NCBI GenBank assembly: GCA_038087875.1 | Contig: JAXLNO010000052.1 | Location: 1-47,209 of the forward strand | Direction: 5' to 3' | Source: Malacoraja senta | Taxonomy: Eukaryota | Length of the DNA stretch: 47,209 nucleotides | Shown: positions 11,748-26,500 of the stretch, in pieces | Layout: each line of letters opens with the position of its first letter | Numbering within the stretch: the stretch's first letter is position 1 | Notes under the pieces: generated by a model | What the model was told of the DNA's origin: nothing | Databases searched by the model: none | The model's input: only the letters and a program-made list of their open reading frames with translations | Program-made: the position numbers and the translations under genes

Positions 11748-14700
11748 CTAAGTTACTCCCACACTTTGTCTAATTGTAGAGAAAGAAGTTGGAACATTTC
11801 AAACATTAAAATGTTATGTTAATTTGATTTTTCAGCATCAAGTGTACCTGGATTTGGTCTTTATGGATGTCATTGGAAGGTAAGGCACATTTCTAACTCT
11901 TCAGTTTAATGGAATAATTGTGTTACATTATTGATGGCTGTTCCAAATTTGTTTCTTCAACATCGAGCAGCTCGCAGTCTCTGGTAGAGACCGATGTCAG
12001 GAAGCTCCAAAGAATGCAAAAGGTTCGACTAGACCCCGAGTGAGCTGTGATTGAACCCCCCGATGCAGGACCCCCGACACGGACGGCCCGACCGCCGGCT
12101 ACGGGAGTCAAGATTGTTCCGTCAACGGAAGGCTCGAGGCCCCAGACTGCGGGAGACCAAAGAAGGGAAGAGTTTGAACTTTGTGTTCTGTTGCTTTTTA
12201 TTGGTATGAGTGGATGGTAAATGAAATGCCTTGTGTTGCAAACATAAATTTTTTGCAACACGTGCTACCCCATGCTTGAATCGTGAGTAAACACACAGTG
12301 CTGGAGGAACTTGGTGGATTTGACAACCTCTGAATAAATGGACAGATGACTCATCGGGTCGGGAGCTCTCAGTCTGAAATACGGGGGAGAGCTGGAAATG
12401 AGGTGGGGGTTGGTCACTGCCTGAAAGGTAATGGGTGGATTACAGGTGAGTGGGTGATGGGCAAATGGATGGAGTAAGTGCCAAAGACTGAAGGTGGAAG
12501 TGATGAAACATGTTGGATAAGGACAAGAACTCTGAAATGTGAACCAGGGTGAGGTGGGGTTGGTAGGTAAAAGTGAAATATGGGACAGTTGAGAGATGAG
12601 CGTACTTCCCTTCATTAACTAAGTAATAACTAATTAATAATAACTAAATAATTATAACTAAGTAACAACTAAATAATAACAACTAAATAATAACAACAAC
12701 TAACTAGCCCTTTCTTGTACGATCATCTCTCAGAAACAGTCCCATATTCCCTCTATCTCTTCCACCCATCTGTCTCCTAGTTTCATATTTCAGTTCTACT
12801 TATTTGGCATTTTGTCCCTTTCACCTTGAGCCTTTGGCACTCACTCCATCCATATGCTAATCACGGCTCGCATGTACCACCTATTAACTTGCTGGCTTTG
12901 TCCTGCGTGCCTCTGCCTCTTTTCACACTCTTTCATTAGGTCTGAGGAAGGTTGCTGACCTGAGATGTCATCTGTCCATTCCACTTGCAGTCAGGCAGAT
13001 TGTGCCTGTACTGCTGAATGCCTCCAGCACTTTGGCTTTGGACAGAGCCATGTTCCTTGGTTGTAGTTGGCTCCTGTTGCAGGGAAATTAGAGTTTAATA
13101 TTTTTGACTGAAGCTCTGGAGCGTTGCGTTTTTCCAGGTATTTTTAACCATCTGGACACCACTGAATGTTTGTTTATATCTAACGTTTAAATGTCCACGT
13201 GAGGAGTAAGGCATCGGGCAACAAGGTTGGGAGAACACTTGTGAAATATAATGGGTATTTGATGTAACTGGGGTGTTGCTGTGCTTGTAAATTGTGTCAG
13301 TGCTGGAGCAACTCGATGGGTACAGCAACATCGCTGAAGAACATGGATTGGTAATTCTGGGTTGGGACTCTTCAGACCTTAATCTCTTGAGCTAGTCTAA
13401 ATATATTCGACTACATTAATATTGGTCCAACCTGTAGGAGTCCTGACTGCAGAGAGACAATGGTCCTAGTTGGAGATACATCTCCAGGCATTGTCCACAT
13501 GTCCAAGTGTTTTTACCTTGAGGACTAGAATCTTCTCACCCAGGACTGTCCGACCCACTGAGTTACACCCACACTTTGTCTAATTGTAGAGAAGGATGTT
13601 GGAACATTTCAAACATTAAAATGTTATGTTAATTTGATTTTTGAGCATCAAGTCATCCTGGATTTGGTCTTTATGGATGTCATAGGAAGATAAGGTACCT
13701 ATATCTAACCCTCTTCAGTTTAATGGGGTAAATGTGTTACATTATTGATGGCTGTTCCAAATTTGTTTCTTCAACATCGAGGAGCTCGCAGTCTCTGGTA
13801 GAGGCCGATATCGGGAAGCTCCAAAGAACGCAAAAGGTTCGACTAGAACCCGAGTGAGCTGTGATTGAATCCCCCGATGCAGGAGCCCCGACACGGACGG
13901 CCCGACCGACGGCTATGGGAGTCAAGATTGTCCTGTCAATAGAAGGCTCGAGGCCCCAGACCGCGGGAGACCAAAGAAGGGAAGAGTTTGAACTTTGTGT
14001 TCTGTTGCTTTTTATTGGTATGAGTGGAGGTAAATGAAATTCCTCATGCTGCAAAGCGTACTTTTTTTGCAACACAATCTACCCCATGCTTGAATCGTGA
14101 GTAAATACAGTGCTGGAGGAACTTGGTGTGTTTGACAACCTCTGAAGAAATGGACAGATGACTAATAGGGTTGGGAGCTCTCGGTCTGAAATACGGGGGA
14201 TAGCTGGAAATGAGGTTGGGGTTGGGCACTATCTGACAGGTAATGGGTGGATTACCAGTGAGTGGGTGATGGGCAAATGGATGGAGTGAATGCCAAAGGC
14301 TGAAGGTGAAAGTGATAAAAACATGTTGGATAAGGACAAGAACTGTGAAATGTAAAACCAGGGTGAGGTGGGGATTGGAAGGTAAGAGGGAAATATGGGA
14401 CAGTTGAGAGATGAGCATATGTCCCTTCATTAACTGAGTAACAGTAATAACTCAAAAATAGTAATAACTAAATAATAATAACTAAATAATAATGACTAAA
14501 TAATGATAATAAGTAAATGATAATGACTATAATGACAATAACTAAATGATAATAACTAAATAATACAAACTAACTAGTCCTTTCTTGTATGCTCATCTCT
14601 CAAACAGTCCCATATTCCCTCTCTCTCTTCCACCCATCTCTCCTAGTTTCATATTTCTGTTCTCTGCTTATTTGGCATTTTGTCCCTTTCACCTTGAGCC

Positions 14701-15145
14701 TTTGGCACACTCCATCCATATGCTCATCACACCTCACGTGTACCATCTATTTACTTGCTGGCTTTGTCCTGCGTGCCTCTGCATCTTTTCACTCTTTCAT
14801 CAGTCTGAGGAAAGTTGCTGACCTGAGATGTCATCTGTCCATTCCACTTGCAGTCACGCAGATTGTGCCTGAACAGCTGAATGCCTCCAGCACTTTGTCT
14901 TTGGACAGAGCCATGTTCCCTGGTTGTAGTTGGCTCCTGTTGCAAGGAATGTAGAGTTTAATATTTTTGACTGAAGCTCTGGGGGGGTTGGTGTTTTTCA
15001 AGGGATTTTTAACCATCTGGACACCACTGAATGTTTGTTTATATCTAATGTTTAAATGTGCACGTGAAGAGTAAGGCATCGGGTAACAAGGTTGGGAGAG
15101 CACTTGTGAAATATAATGGATATTTGATGTAACTGGGGTGGTGCT

Positions 15146-16746
15146 AATGACAGGATATATGACTGGTTAGGTCCTGACAGGATATTCCCGAGGACATTGA
15201 GGGAAGTTAGTGCAGAAATAGCAGGGGCTATGACAGAAATATTTCAAATGTCATTAGAAACGGGAATAGTGCCGGAGGATTGGCGTACTGCGCATGTTGT
15301 TCCGTTGTTTAAAAAGGGTTCTAAGAGTATACCTAGCAATTATAGACCTGTTAATTTGACGTCAGTGGTGGGCAAATTAATGGAAAGGATACTTAAAGAT
15401 AATAAATATAAGCATCTGGATAAGCAGGATCTGATTAGGAATAGTCAACATGGATTTGTGCCTGGAAGGTCATGTTTGACTAATCTTCTAGAATTTTTCG
15501 AAGAGGTTACTAGGGAAATTGATGAGGGTAAAGCAGTGGATGTTGTCTATATGGACTTCAGTAAGGCCTTTGACAAGGTTCCTCATGGAAGGTTGGTTAA
15601 GAAGATTAAATTGTTGGGTATTAATGGTGGAGTAGCAAGATGGATTCAACAGTGGCTGTTTGGGAGATGCCAGAGAGTAATGGTGGATGGCTGTTTTTCA
15701 GGTTGGAGGCTGGTGACTAGTGGGGTGCCTCGGGGGTCTGTGTTGGGTCCACTTTTGTTTGTCATGTACATCAATGATCTGGATGATGGTGTGGAAAATT
15801 GGATTAGTAAGTATGCAGATGATACTAAGATAGGTGATGTGGTGGATAATGAAGTAGATTTTCAAAGTCTACAGAGAGATTTAGGCCATTTCGAAGAGTG
15901 GGCTGAAAGATGGCAGATGGAGTTTAATGCTGATAAATGTGAGGTACTACATCTCGGCAGGACAAATCAAAATAGGACATACATGGTAAATGGTAGAGAA
16001 TTGAGGAATGCAGTTGAACAGAGGGATCTAGGAATAACTGTGCATAGTTCCCTGAAGGTGGAATCTCATGTGGATAGGTTGGTAAAGAAAGCTTTTGGTG
16101 TGCTGGCCTTTATAAATCAGAGCATTGAATATAGAAGTTGGGATGTAATGTTAAAATTGTACAAGGCATTGGTGAGGCCAATTCTGGAGTATGGAGTACA
16201 ATTTTGGTCGCCTAATTATAGGAAGGAGGTCAACAAAATAGAGAGTACAGAGGAGATTTACTAGAATGTTGCCTGGGTTTCAGCAACTAAGTTACAGAGA
16301 AAGGTTGAATAAGTTAGGTCTTTATTCTTTGGAGCGCAGAAGGTTAAGAGGGGACGATAGAGGTCTTTAAAATTATGAGCGGGTTAGACAGAGTTGACGT
16401 GGATAAGCTTTTTCCATTGAGAGTAGGGAAGATTCAAACAAGGGGACATGACTTGAGAAATAAGGGACAGATGTTTAGGGGTAACTTTAAGGGGAACTTC
16501 TTTACTCGGAGAGTGGTATCTGTGTGGAATGAATTTCCAGTGTAAGTGGTGGAGGCTGGTTTGATTTTATCCTTTAAAAATAGATTGGATGGGTATATGG
16601 ACGTGAAAGGAATGGAGGGTTATGTTCTGAGTGCAGGTAGATGGGACTAGGGGGAAGTATTTATTTATTTATTAATAAAAAAAAAAAAATGTTCGGCACG
16701 GACTTGAAGGGCCGAGATGGCCTGTTTCCGTGCTGTAATGGTTATA
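15146..16746 (+). mobile_element. 5'-truncated CR1 LINE (family A), RT region
   Basis: ORF 15197..16264 with QHGF, DFSKAFDKV, GVPRGSVLGP and YADD. Nearly the same protein as the minus-strand copy at 741-2600. Flanked by TGCT. Confidence 0.92.
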
Positions 16747-16943
16747 TGCTGTGCTTGTAAATTGTGTTGGTGCTGGAGCAACTCGATGGGTACAGCAACA
16801 TCGCTGGAGAACATTGATTGGTAATTCTGGGTTGGGACTCTTCAGACCTTAAACTCTTAAGGTAGTCTAAATATATTCAACTACCTTATTATTGGTCCAA
16901 ACTGTAGGAGTCCTGACTGCAGAGCCACAATAGTTCTGGTTGA

Positions 16944-17094
16944 CAATAACCAATTGGTGCAGTAGGCCATTCGGGCCTTTACCGCCATTCAATGTCATCA
17001 TGGCTGATCATCCCCAATCAGTACCCTATTCCTGCCTTCTCCCCATATCCCCTGGCTCTGCTATATTTAAGAGCCCTATCTAGCTCTCTTGAAA
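16944..17094 (-). mobile_element. Short CR1 3'-tail fragment
   Basis: Reverse complement of the CR1 3' UTR seen at ~11630-11730 (GATCAGCCATGA..GAATGGCGGT..GAATGGCCTAC). Flanked by GTTG. Confidence 0.7.
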
Positions 17095-19480
17095 GTTGGA
17101 GATACATGTCCAGGCATTGTCCACATGTCCCCAAGTGTTGTTACCTTGAGGAATAGAATCTTCACACCCAGGACTGTCCGACCCACTGAGTTACTCCAGC
17201 ACTTTGTCTAATTGTAGAGAAGGAAGTTGGAACATTTCAAACATTAAAATGTTATGTTAATTTGATTTTTCAGCATCAAGTCTACCTGGATTTGGTCTTT
17301 ATGGATGTCATAGGAAGGTAAGGTACCTATTTCTAACCCTCTTCACTTCAATGGGATAGGTGTGTTACATTATTGATGGCTTTTCAAAATTTGTTTCTTC
17401 AACGTCGAGGAGCTCGCAGTCTCTGGTAGAGACCAATGTCGGGAAGCTCCAAAGAACGCAAAAGATTCGACTGGACCTCGAGTGAGTTGTGATTGAACCC
17501 CCTGATGCAGGACCCCCGACACGGACCGCCCGACCGCGGGCTACGGGAGTCAAGATCGTGCCGTCAATGGAAGGCTCGAGGCCCCAGACCAAAGAAGGGA
17601 AGAGTTTGAACTTTGTGTTCTGTTGCTTTTTATTGGTATGAGTGGATGGTAAATGAAATTCCTCGTGTTGCAAAGCATACTTTTTTTGCAACACGAGCCA
17701 CCCCATGCTTGAATCATGAGTAAATACACAGTGCTGGAGGAAATTGGTGTGTTTGACAACCTCTGAAGAAATGGACAGATGACTCATCGGGTCGGGAGCT
17801 CTCAGTCTGAAATACGGGGGAGAGCTGGAAATGAGGTGGGGGGTGGGCACTGCCTGACAGGTGATGAGTGGATTACAGGTGAGTGGGTGATGGGCAAATG
17901 GATGGAGTAAATACCAAAGGCTGAAGGTGGAAGTGATCAAACATGTTGGATAAGGACAAGAACTGTGAAATGTAAAACCACGGTGAGGTGGGGTTGGAAA
18001 ATAAAAGGGAAATATGGGACAGTTGAGAGATGAGCATACTTCCATTCATTAACTAAGTAACAGTAATAACTAAAAAATAATAACTAAATAATAATAATAA
18101 CTAAATAATAATAACTAAATAATAATAATAACTTAATAATAATAACTAAATAGTAATACCAACTAAATAGTAATACCAACTAACTAGTCCTTTCTTGTAC
18201 GCTCATCTCTCAAACAGTTCCATATTCCCTCTATCCCTTCCACCCATCTCTCCGAGTTTCATACTTCCTTTCTCTGCTTATTTGGCATTTTGTCCCTTTC
18301 ACCTTGAGCCTTTGGCACTCACTCCATCCATATGCTAATCACGCCTCACATGTACCACCTATTTACTTGCTGGCTTTGTCCTTCGTGCCTCTGCATCTTT
18401 TCACTCTCTTTCATCAGTCTGAGGGAGGTTGCTGACCTGAGATGTCATCTATCCATTCCACTTGCAGTCAGGCAGATTGTGCCTGAACTGCTGAATGCCT
18501 TCAACACTTTGTCTTTGGACAGAGCCATGTTCCCTGGTTGTAGTTGCCTCCTGTTACAGGGAAAGTAGAGTTTAATATTTTTGACTGAAGCTCTGGGGGG
18601 TTGGGTTTTTCCAGGTATTTTTTACCATCTAGACACCACTGAATGTTTGTTTATATCTAATGTTTAAATGGCCACGTGAAGAGTAAGGCATCGGGCAACA
18701 AGGTTGTGAGAACACTTGTGAAATATAATGGGTATTGATGTAACTGGGGTGTTGCTGTGCTTGTAAATTGTGTCAGTGCTGGAGCAACTCGATGGGTACA
18801 GCAACATCGCTGGAGAACATGGATTGGTAATTCTGGGTTGGGAATCTTCAGACCATAATCTCTTGAGAGTCTAAATATATTCGACTACCATAATATTGGT
18901 CCAACCTGTAGGAGTCCTGACTGCAGAGTCACTGGTCCTGGTTGGAGATACAACTGCAGGCATTGTCCAAGTGTTTTACCTTGAGGACTAGAATCTTCTC
19001 ACCCAGGACTGTCCTACGCACTGAGTGGGTTGGACAGTCCTTGTGATTGACGCAGTGCAGCGTAGGTTCACGAGATTGATCTCTGGGATGGCGGGACTGT
19101 CATATGAGGAAAGATAGAAAAGACTAGGCTTGTATTCACTGGAGTTTAGAAGGATGAGGGGGGGGAGGGGGATCTTATAGAAACTAATAAAATTATAAAA
19201 GGACTGGACAAGCTAGATGCAGGAAAAAGTTCCCCATGTTAGGCGAGTCCAGAACCACGGGCCACAGTCTTAGAATAAAGGGGAGGTCATTTAAGACTGA
19301 GGTGAGAGAACTTTTTCACCCAGTTGTGAATTTATGGAATTCCCTGCCACAGAGGGCAGTGGAGGACAAATCACTGGATGGATTTAAGAGAGAGTTGGAT
19401 AGAGCTCCAGGGGCTAGTGGAATCGAGGGATATGGGGAGAAGGCAGGCAAGGGTTATTGATAGGGGATGATCAGCCATGA

Positions 19481-22400
19481 CTTTAAACTAGAATGGTTGG
19501 GGGGAGGGACTCAAATAGAAAATGCTATTGGACAGTGTGTGAGGCAGGAGGCAGAGAAGGAAAGCACTCAGACCCAACATGTAGGGGGGAAAGAAGAAAA
19601 CAATAATAGACGGAGAATAAGAGGTGGTGGGGTTCTTAAATGGGTGAGCAGAGAAACAGGGGTGTAAAATGCGAGCGGAAGCAATAGGTAGCAAGGTGAA
19701 AAGTAAAAGTGGCAGGCAGACAAATCCAGGGCAAAAATCAAAAAGGACCACTTTTCAACATAATTGTATATGGGGTAAGAGCGTTGTAAAAACAAGCCTG
19801 AAGGCTTTGTGTCTCAATGCAAGGAGCATTCGTAATAAGGTGGATGAGTTGAACGTGCAGATAGCAATTAATGATTATGATATAGTTGGGATCACGGAGA
19901 CATGGCTCCAGGGTGACCAAGGCTGGGAGCTGAACATCCAGGGATATTCAATATTCAGGAGGGATAGAGAGAAAGGAAAAGAAGGTGGGGTAGCGTTGCT
20001 GGTTAGAGAGGAGATTAACGCAGTGGAAAGGAAGGACATTAGCTTGGAGGATGTGGAATCGGTATGGGTAGAGCTGCGAAACACTAAGGGGCAGAAAGCG
20101 CTGGTGGGTGTTGTGTACAGGCCACCTAGCAGTATTAGTGAAGTTGGGGATGGCATCAAACAGGAAATTAGAAATGCATGCAACAAAGGCAAAACGGTTA
20201 TAATGGGTGACTTCAATCTACATATAGATTGTGTGAATCAAATTGGCAGGGGTGCTGAGGAAGAGGATTTCTTGGAATGTATGCGAGATAGTTATCTAAA
20301 CCAACATGTAGAGGAACCAACGAGAGAGCAGGCTATTCTAGACTGGGTATTGAGTAATGAGGAAGGGTTAGTTAGCAGTCTTGTTGTGCGTGCCCCCTTG
20401 GGCAAGAGTGACCATAATATGGTTGAGTTCTTCATTAGGATGGAGAGTGACATTGTTAATTCAGAAACAACGGTTCTGAACTTAAAGAAAGGTAACTTTG
20501 AGGGTATGAGACGTGAATTGGCCAAGATTGACTGGCAATTAGTTCTAAAAGGGTTGACGGTGGATATGCAATGGAAGGCATTTAAACACTGCATGGATGA
20601 ACTACAAAAATTGTTCATCCCAGTTTGGCAAAAGAATAAATCAGGGAATGTAGTAATAATAATAATAGATTTTATTTATATAGCGCTTTTCAGGACTCAA
20701 AGTCGCTTTACAATTGAGAGTCAAGAATAAACAAAACAAAATAGAGCAGTAAGACAGAGGGGAGGGGAACATGGGACTAAGGGTATGCAGAGGTGAAGAG
20801 ATGGGTCTTGAGGCGGGACTGGAAGATGGTGAGGGACTCAGAATTTCGGACCGGTTGTGGGAGGGAATTCCAGAGCCTGGGAGCTGCCCTGGAGAAGGCT
20901 CTGCCTCCAAAAGTGCAGAGGTTTGATTTCGGAGTGGAGAGGAGACCAGCTGATGTGGATCTGAGGGACCCTGAGGGTTGGTAGGGGGAGAGGAGGTCAA
21001 TGAGATAAGGGGGGGCCAGGTTGTTGAGGGCTTTGTAGGTGAGGACCAGGATTTTGTAGGTGATCCGGTGGGAAATGGGAAGCCAGTGAAGTTCTTTGAG
21101 AACTGGGGTGATGTGGTGCCAGGATTTGGTGTGGGTAATGAGTCGAGCGGCTGCATTTTGGACCAGTTGGAGTCGTTTGATGCTGCTGGAATTGATTCCG
21201 AAAAGAAGAGAGTTACAGTAGTCCAGTCGGGGGGAGATGAAGGCATGGATGAGTCTATCAGCAGCGGGGGGTGTGAGAGACGATCTGATTTTTGCAATGT
21301 TGCGGAGGTGAAAAAATGATGTTTTGACAACATGGCGGATGTGAGGCTCAAGGGAGAGGGTTGAGTCAAGGATCACGCCAAGGTTGCGTGCCTGAGGAGA
21401 TGGGGAGACAGTGGTGCCGTCGATAGTGAGAGTGGGGTTGTTAATTTTAGTGAGTGTTGGTTTGGAGCCAATGAGGAGAAATTCTGTTTTGCTACTGTTT
21501 AATTTAAGGAAGTTGAGTTGTATAGTGCATCCGTTGATAACAAGGGAAATCAGGGATAGTATCAAAGCAAAAGATGATGCGTACAAATTAGCCAGAAAAA
21601 GCAGCATACCAGAGGACTGGGAGAAATTCAGAGACCAGCAGAGGAGGACAAAGGGCTTAATTAGGAAAGGGAAAATAGATTATGAAAGGAAACTGGCAGG
21701 GAACATAAAAACTGACTGCAAAAGTTTTTATAGATATGTGAAGAGAAAGAGATTGGTTAAAACGAATGTAGGTCCCTTGCAGTCAGAAACGGGTGAATTG
21801 ATCATGGGGAACAAGGATATGGCGGACCAATTGAATAACTACTTTGTTTCCGTCTTCACTAAGGAAGACATAAATAATCTGCCGGAAATAGCAGGGGGCC
21901 GCGGGTCACAGGAGATGGAGGAACTGAGTGAAATCCAGGTTAGTCGGGAAGTGGTGTTGGGTAAATTGAATGGATTAAAGGCCGATAAATCACCAGGGCC
22001 AGATAGACTGCATCCCTGAGTACTTAAGGAAGTAGCTCCAGAAATAGTGGATGCAATAGTGATAATTTTTCAAAACTCTTTAGATTCTGGAGTAGTTCCT
22101 GAGGATTGGAGGGTAGCAAACGTAACGCCACTTTTTAAGAAGGGTGGGAGAGAGAAAATGGGGAATTACAGACCAGTTAGTCTAACATCGGTAGTGGGGA
22201 AACTGCTAGAGTCAGTTATTAAAGATGGGATAGCAGCACATTTGGAAAGTGGTGAAATCACTGGACAAAGTCAGCATGGATTTACGAAAGGTAAATCGTG
22301 TGACGAATCTTATAGAATTTTTCGAGGATGTAACGAGTAGAGTGGATAGGGGAGAACCAGTGGATGTGTTGTATCTGGACTTTCAGAAGGCTTTTGACAA

Positions 22401-23577
22401 GGTACCACACAAGAGATTAGGATACAAACTTAAATCGCACGGTATTGGGGGTTCAGTATTGATGTGGATAGAGAACTGGCTGGCAAACAGGAAGCAAAGA
22501 GTAGGAGTAAACGGGTCCTTTTCACAATGGCAGGCAGTGACTAGTGGAGTACCGCAAGGCTCAGTGCTGGGACCCCAGCTATTTACAATTTATATTAATG
22601 AACTGGATGAGGGAATTGAAAGCAACATCTCCAAGTTTGTGGATGACACTAAGCTGGGGGGCAGTGTTAGCTGTGAGGAGGATGCTGGGAGACTGCAAGG
22701 TGACTTGGATAGGCTGGGTGAGTGGGCAAATGTTTGGCAGATGCAGTATAATGTGGATAAATGTGAGGTTATCCACTTTGGTGGCAAAAACGGGAAGGCA
22801 GACTATTATCTAAATGGTGGCCGATTAGGAAATGGGGAGATGCAGCGAGACCTGGGTGTCATGGTACACCAGTCATTGAAAGTAGGCATGCAGGTGCAGC
22901 AGGCAGTGAAGAAAGCGAATGGTATGTTGGCTTTCATAGCAAGAGGATTTGAGTATAGGAGCAGGGAGGTTCTACTGCAGTTGGTTGTACAGGGTCTTGG
23001 TGAGACCACACCTGGAGTATTGCGTACAGTTTTGGTCTCCATCTGAGGAAGGACATTATAGCCATAGAGGGAGTGCAGAGAAGGTTCACCAGACTGATTC
23101 CTGGGATGTCAGGACTTTCATATGAAGAAAGACTGGATAGACTTGGCTTATACTCGCTAGAATTTAGGAGATTGAGAGGGGATCTTATAGAAACATACAG
23201 AATTATTATGGGGTTGGACAGGCTAGATGCAGGAAGATTGTTCCCGATGTTGGGGAAGTCCAGGACAAGGGGTCACAGCTTAAGGATAAGGGGGAAATCC
23301 TTTAAGACCGAGATGAGGAAAAACGTTTTCACACAGAGTGGTGAATCTCTGGAACTCTCTGCCACAGAGGGTAGTTGAGGCCAGTTCATTGGCTATATTT
23401 AAGAGGGAGTTAGATGTGGCCCTTGTGGCTAAGGGGATCAGGGGGTATGGAGAGAAGGCAGGTACGGGATACTGAGTTGGATGATCAGCCATGATCATAT
23501 TGAATGGCGGTGCAGGCTCGAAGGGCCGAATGGCCGAATGGCCTACTCCTGCACCTATTTTCTATGTATCTATGTAT
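19481..23577 (+). mobile_element. CR1 LINE with near-full ORF2 (APE + RT), disrupted; family A 5' segment fused to a family B body
   Basis: ORFs 19669..20730 (LNARSI, GITETWL, GDFN, SDHN), 21411..22019, 22047..22340, 22249..23046 (GVPQGSVLGP, FVDD) and 23073..23378. ATGA is duplicated at both ends. Confidence 0.9.
20655..21522 (-). mobile_element. 5'-truncated L2-clade LINE nested in CR1
   Basis: ORF 20777..21607 with LKLNSSKTE, RNLGVILD, RLDYCNSLL, LQLVQNAAARL and HITPVLKELHWLPI, typical of L2 ORF2. (TAA)n tail at ~20654-20667. TAGT duplication. Confidence 0.9.
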
Positions 23578-26500
23578 ATGATCACAATGAATGGTGGTGC
23601 TGGCTCGAAGGGCCGAATGTACTCCTGCACCTATTATCTATGTTACTAAGTTTCTCCCGCACTTTGTCTAATTGTAGAGAAGGAAGTTGGAAAATTTCAA
23701 ACATTAAAATGTTATGTTAATTTGATTTTTCAGCATCAAGTGTACCTGGATTTGGTCTTTATGGATGTCATAGGAAGGTAAGGTACCTATTTCTAACTCT
23801 CTTCAATTTAATGGAATAATTGTGTTACATTATTAATGGCTGTTCCAAATTTTTTCTTCAACATCGAGGAGCTCGCAGTCTCTGGTAGAGACCGATGTCG
23901 GGAAGCTCCAAAGAACGCAAAAGGTTTGACTAGACCCCGAGTGAGGTGTGATTGAACCACCCGATGCAGGACCCCCGACACGGACGGCCCGACCGCCGGC
24001 TACGGGAGTCCCGTCAAAGGAAGGCTCGAGGCCCCAGACCATGGGAGACCAAAGAAGGAAAGAGTTTGAACTTTGTGTTCTGTTGTTTTTTATTGGTATG
24101 AGTGGATGGTAAATGATATTCCTCGTGTTGCAAACATAATTTTTTTGCAACACGTGCCACCCCATGCTTCAATCGTGAGTAAATACAGTGCTGGAGGAAC
24201 TTGGTGGGTTTGACAACCTCTGAAGAAATGGACAGATGACTAATTGGGTCATGAGCTCTCAGTCTGAAATACGGGGGAGAGCTGGAAATGAGGTGGGGGT
24301 TGGGCACTGCCTGACAAGTGATGGGTGGATTACAGGTGATTGGGTGATGGGCAAATGGATGGAGTAAGTGCCAAAGGCTGAAGGTGAAAGTGATAAAACA
24401 TGTTGGATAAGGACAAGAACAAGAACTGAAATGTAAAACCAGTGTGAGATGGGGTTGGAAGGTAAAAGGGAAATGTGGACAAGGAGTTGAGAGATGAGCA
24501 TACTTCCCTTCATTAACTAAGTAATAACTAAATAATAATAATAACTAAATAATAATAATAACTAAATAATAATTATAATAACTAAATTATAATAACTAAA
24601 TAATTATAATAACTAAATAATTATAATAACTAAATAATTATAATAACTAAATAATTATAATAACTAAAGAATTATAATAACTAAAGAATTATAATAACTA
24701 AAGAATTATAATAACTAAAGAATTATAATAACTAAAGAATTATAATAACTAAAGAATTATAATAACTAAAGAATTATAATAACTAAAGAATTATAATAAC
24801 TAAATAATAATACCAACTAACTAGTCCTTTCTTGTACGCTCATCTCTCAAACAGTCGCATATTCCCTCTCTCTCTTCCACCCATCTCTCTCCTAGTTTCA
24901 TATTTCTGTTATCTCCTTATTTGGCATTTTGTCCCTTTCACCTTGAGCCTTTGGCACTCACTCCATCCAAATGCTAATCATGCATCACATGTACCACCTA
25001 TTTACTTGCTGGCTTTGTCCTGCGTGCCTCTGCCAATTTTCACTCTCTTTCATCAGTCTGAGGTAGGTTGCTGACCTGAGATGTCATCTGTCCATTCCAC
25101 TTGCAGTCAGGCAGATTGTGCCTGAGCAGGTGAATGCCTCCAGCACTTTGTCTTTGGACAGAGCCATGTTCCCTGGTTGTAGTTGGCTCCTGTTACAGGG
25201 AGTGTGGAGTTTAATATTTTTGACTGAATCTCTGGGGGATTGGGTTTTCCAGGTATTTTTAACCATCTGGACACCACTGAATGTTTGTTTATATCTAACG
25301 TTCAAATGTCCACGTGAAGAGTAAGGTATCGGGCAACAAGGTTGGGAGAACACTTGTGAAATATAATGGGTATTTGATGTAAGTGGAGTGTTGCTGTGCT
25401 TGTAAATTGTGTCAGTGCTGGAGCAACTCGATGGGTGCAGCAACATCGCTGGAGAACATGTATTGGTAATTCTGGGTAGGGACTCTTCAGACATTATTCT
25501 CTTAAGGTAGTCTAAATATATTCGACTACCTTAATATTGGTCCAATCTGTAGGAGTCCTGACTGCAGAGACACAATGGTCCTGGTTGGAGATACATGTCA
25601 AGGCATTGTCCACATGTCCCAAGTGTTTTACCTTGAGGACTAGAATCTTCTCACCCAGGACTGTCCGACCCACTGAGTTACTCCCACACTTTGTCTAATA
25701 GTAGAGAAGGAAGTTGGAACATTTCAATCATTAAAATGTTATGTTAATTAGATTTTTCAGCATCAAGTCTACCTGGATTTGGTCTTTATGGATGTCATAG
25801 GAAGGTAAGGCACTTATTTCTAACCCTCTTAATTTTAATGGGATAAATGTGTTACATTATTGATGGCTGTTCCCAATTTGTTTCTTCAACATCGAGGAGC
25901 TCGCAGTCTCTGGTAGAGACCGATGTCGGGAAGCTCCAAAGAATGCAAAAGATTCGACTAGACCCCGAGTGAGCTGTGATTGAAACCCCCGATGCAGGAC
26001 CCCCGACACGGATGGCCCGACCCCCAGCTACGGGAGTCAAGATTGTCCTGTCAATGGAAGGCTCGAGGCACCAGACCAAAGAAGGGAAGAGTTTTAACTT
26101 TATGTTCTGTTGCTTTTTATTGGTATGAGTGTATGGTAAATTAAATTCCTTGTGTTGCAAAGCATACTTTTTTTGCAACACGAGCCACCCCATGCTTGAA
26201 TCGTGAGTAAATACACAGTGCTGGAGGAACTTGGTGGGTTTGACAACCTCTGAAGAAATGGGCAGATGACTCATTGGGTCCGGAGCTCTCAGTCTGAAAT
26301 GTGGGGGAGAGCTGGAAATGAGGTGGGGGTTGGGCACTGCCTGACAAGTGATGGGTGGATTACAGGTGAGTGGGTGATGGGCAAATGGATGTAGAAAATG
26401 CCAAAGGCTGAAGATGGAAGTGATCAAACGTGTTGGACAAGGACAAGAACTGTGAAATGTAAAACCAGGGTGAGGTGGGGTTGGTAGGTAAAAGAGAAAT

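Larger units (their letters stand above)
19027..23645 (+). mobile_element. CR1 family C fragment (same insertion as 11227-11747) split by a younger CR1 insertion
   Basis: 19027-19480 and 23578-23645 together match 11227-11747 at the same site in the macrosatellite unit. Confidence 0.85.
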
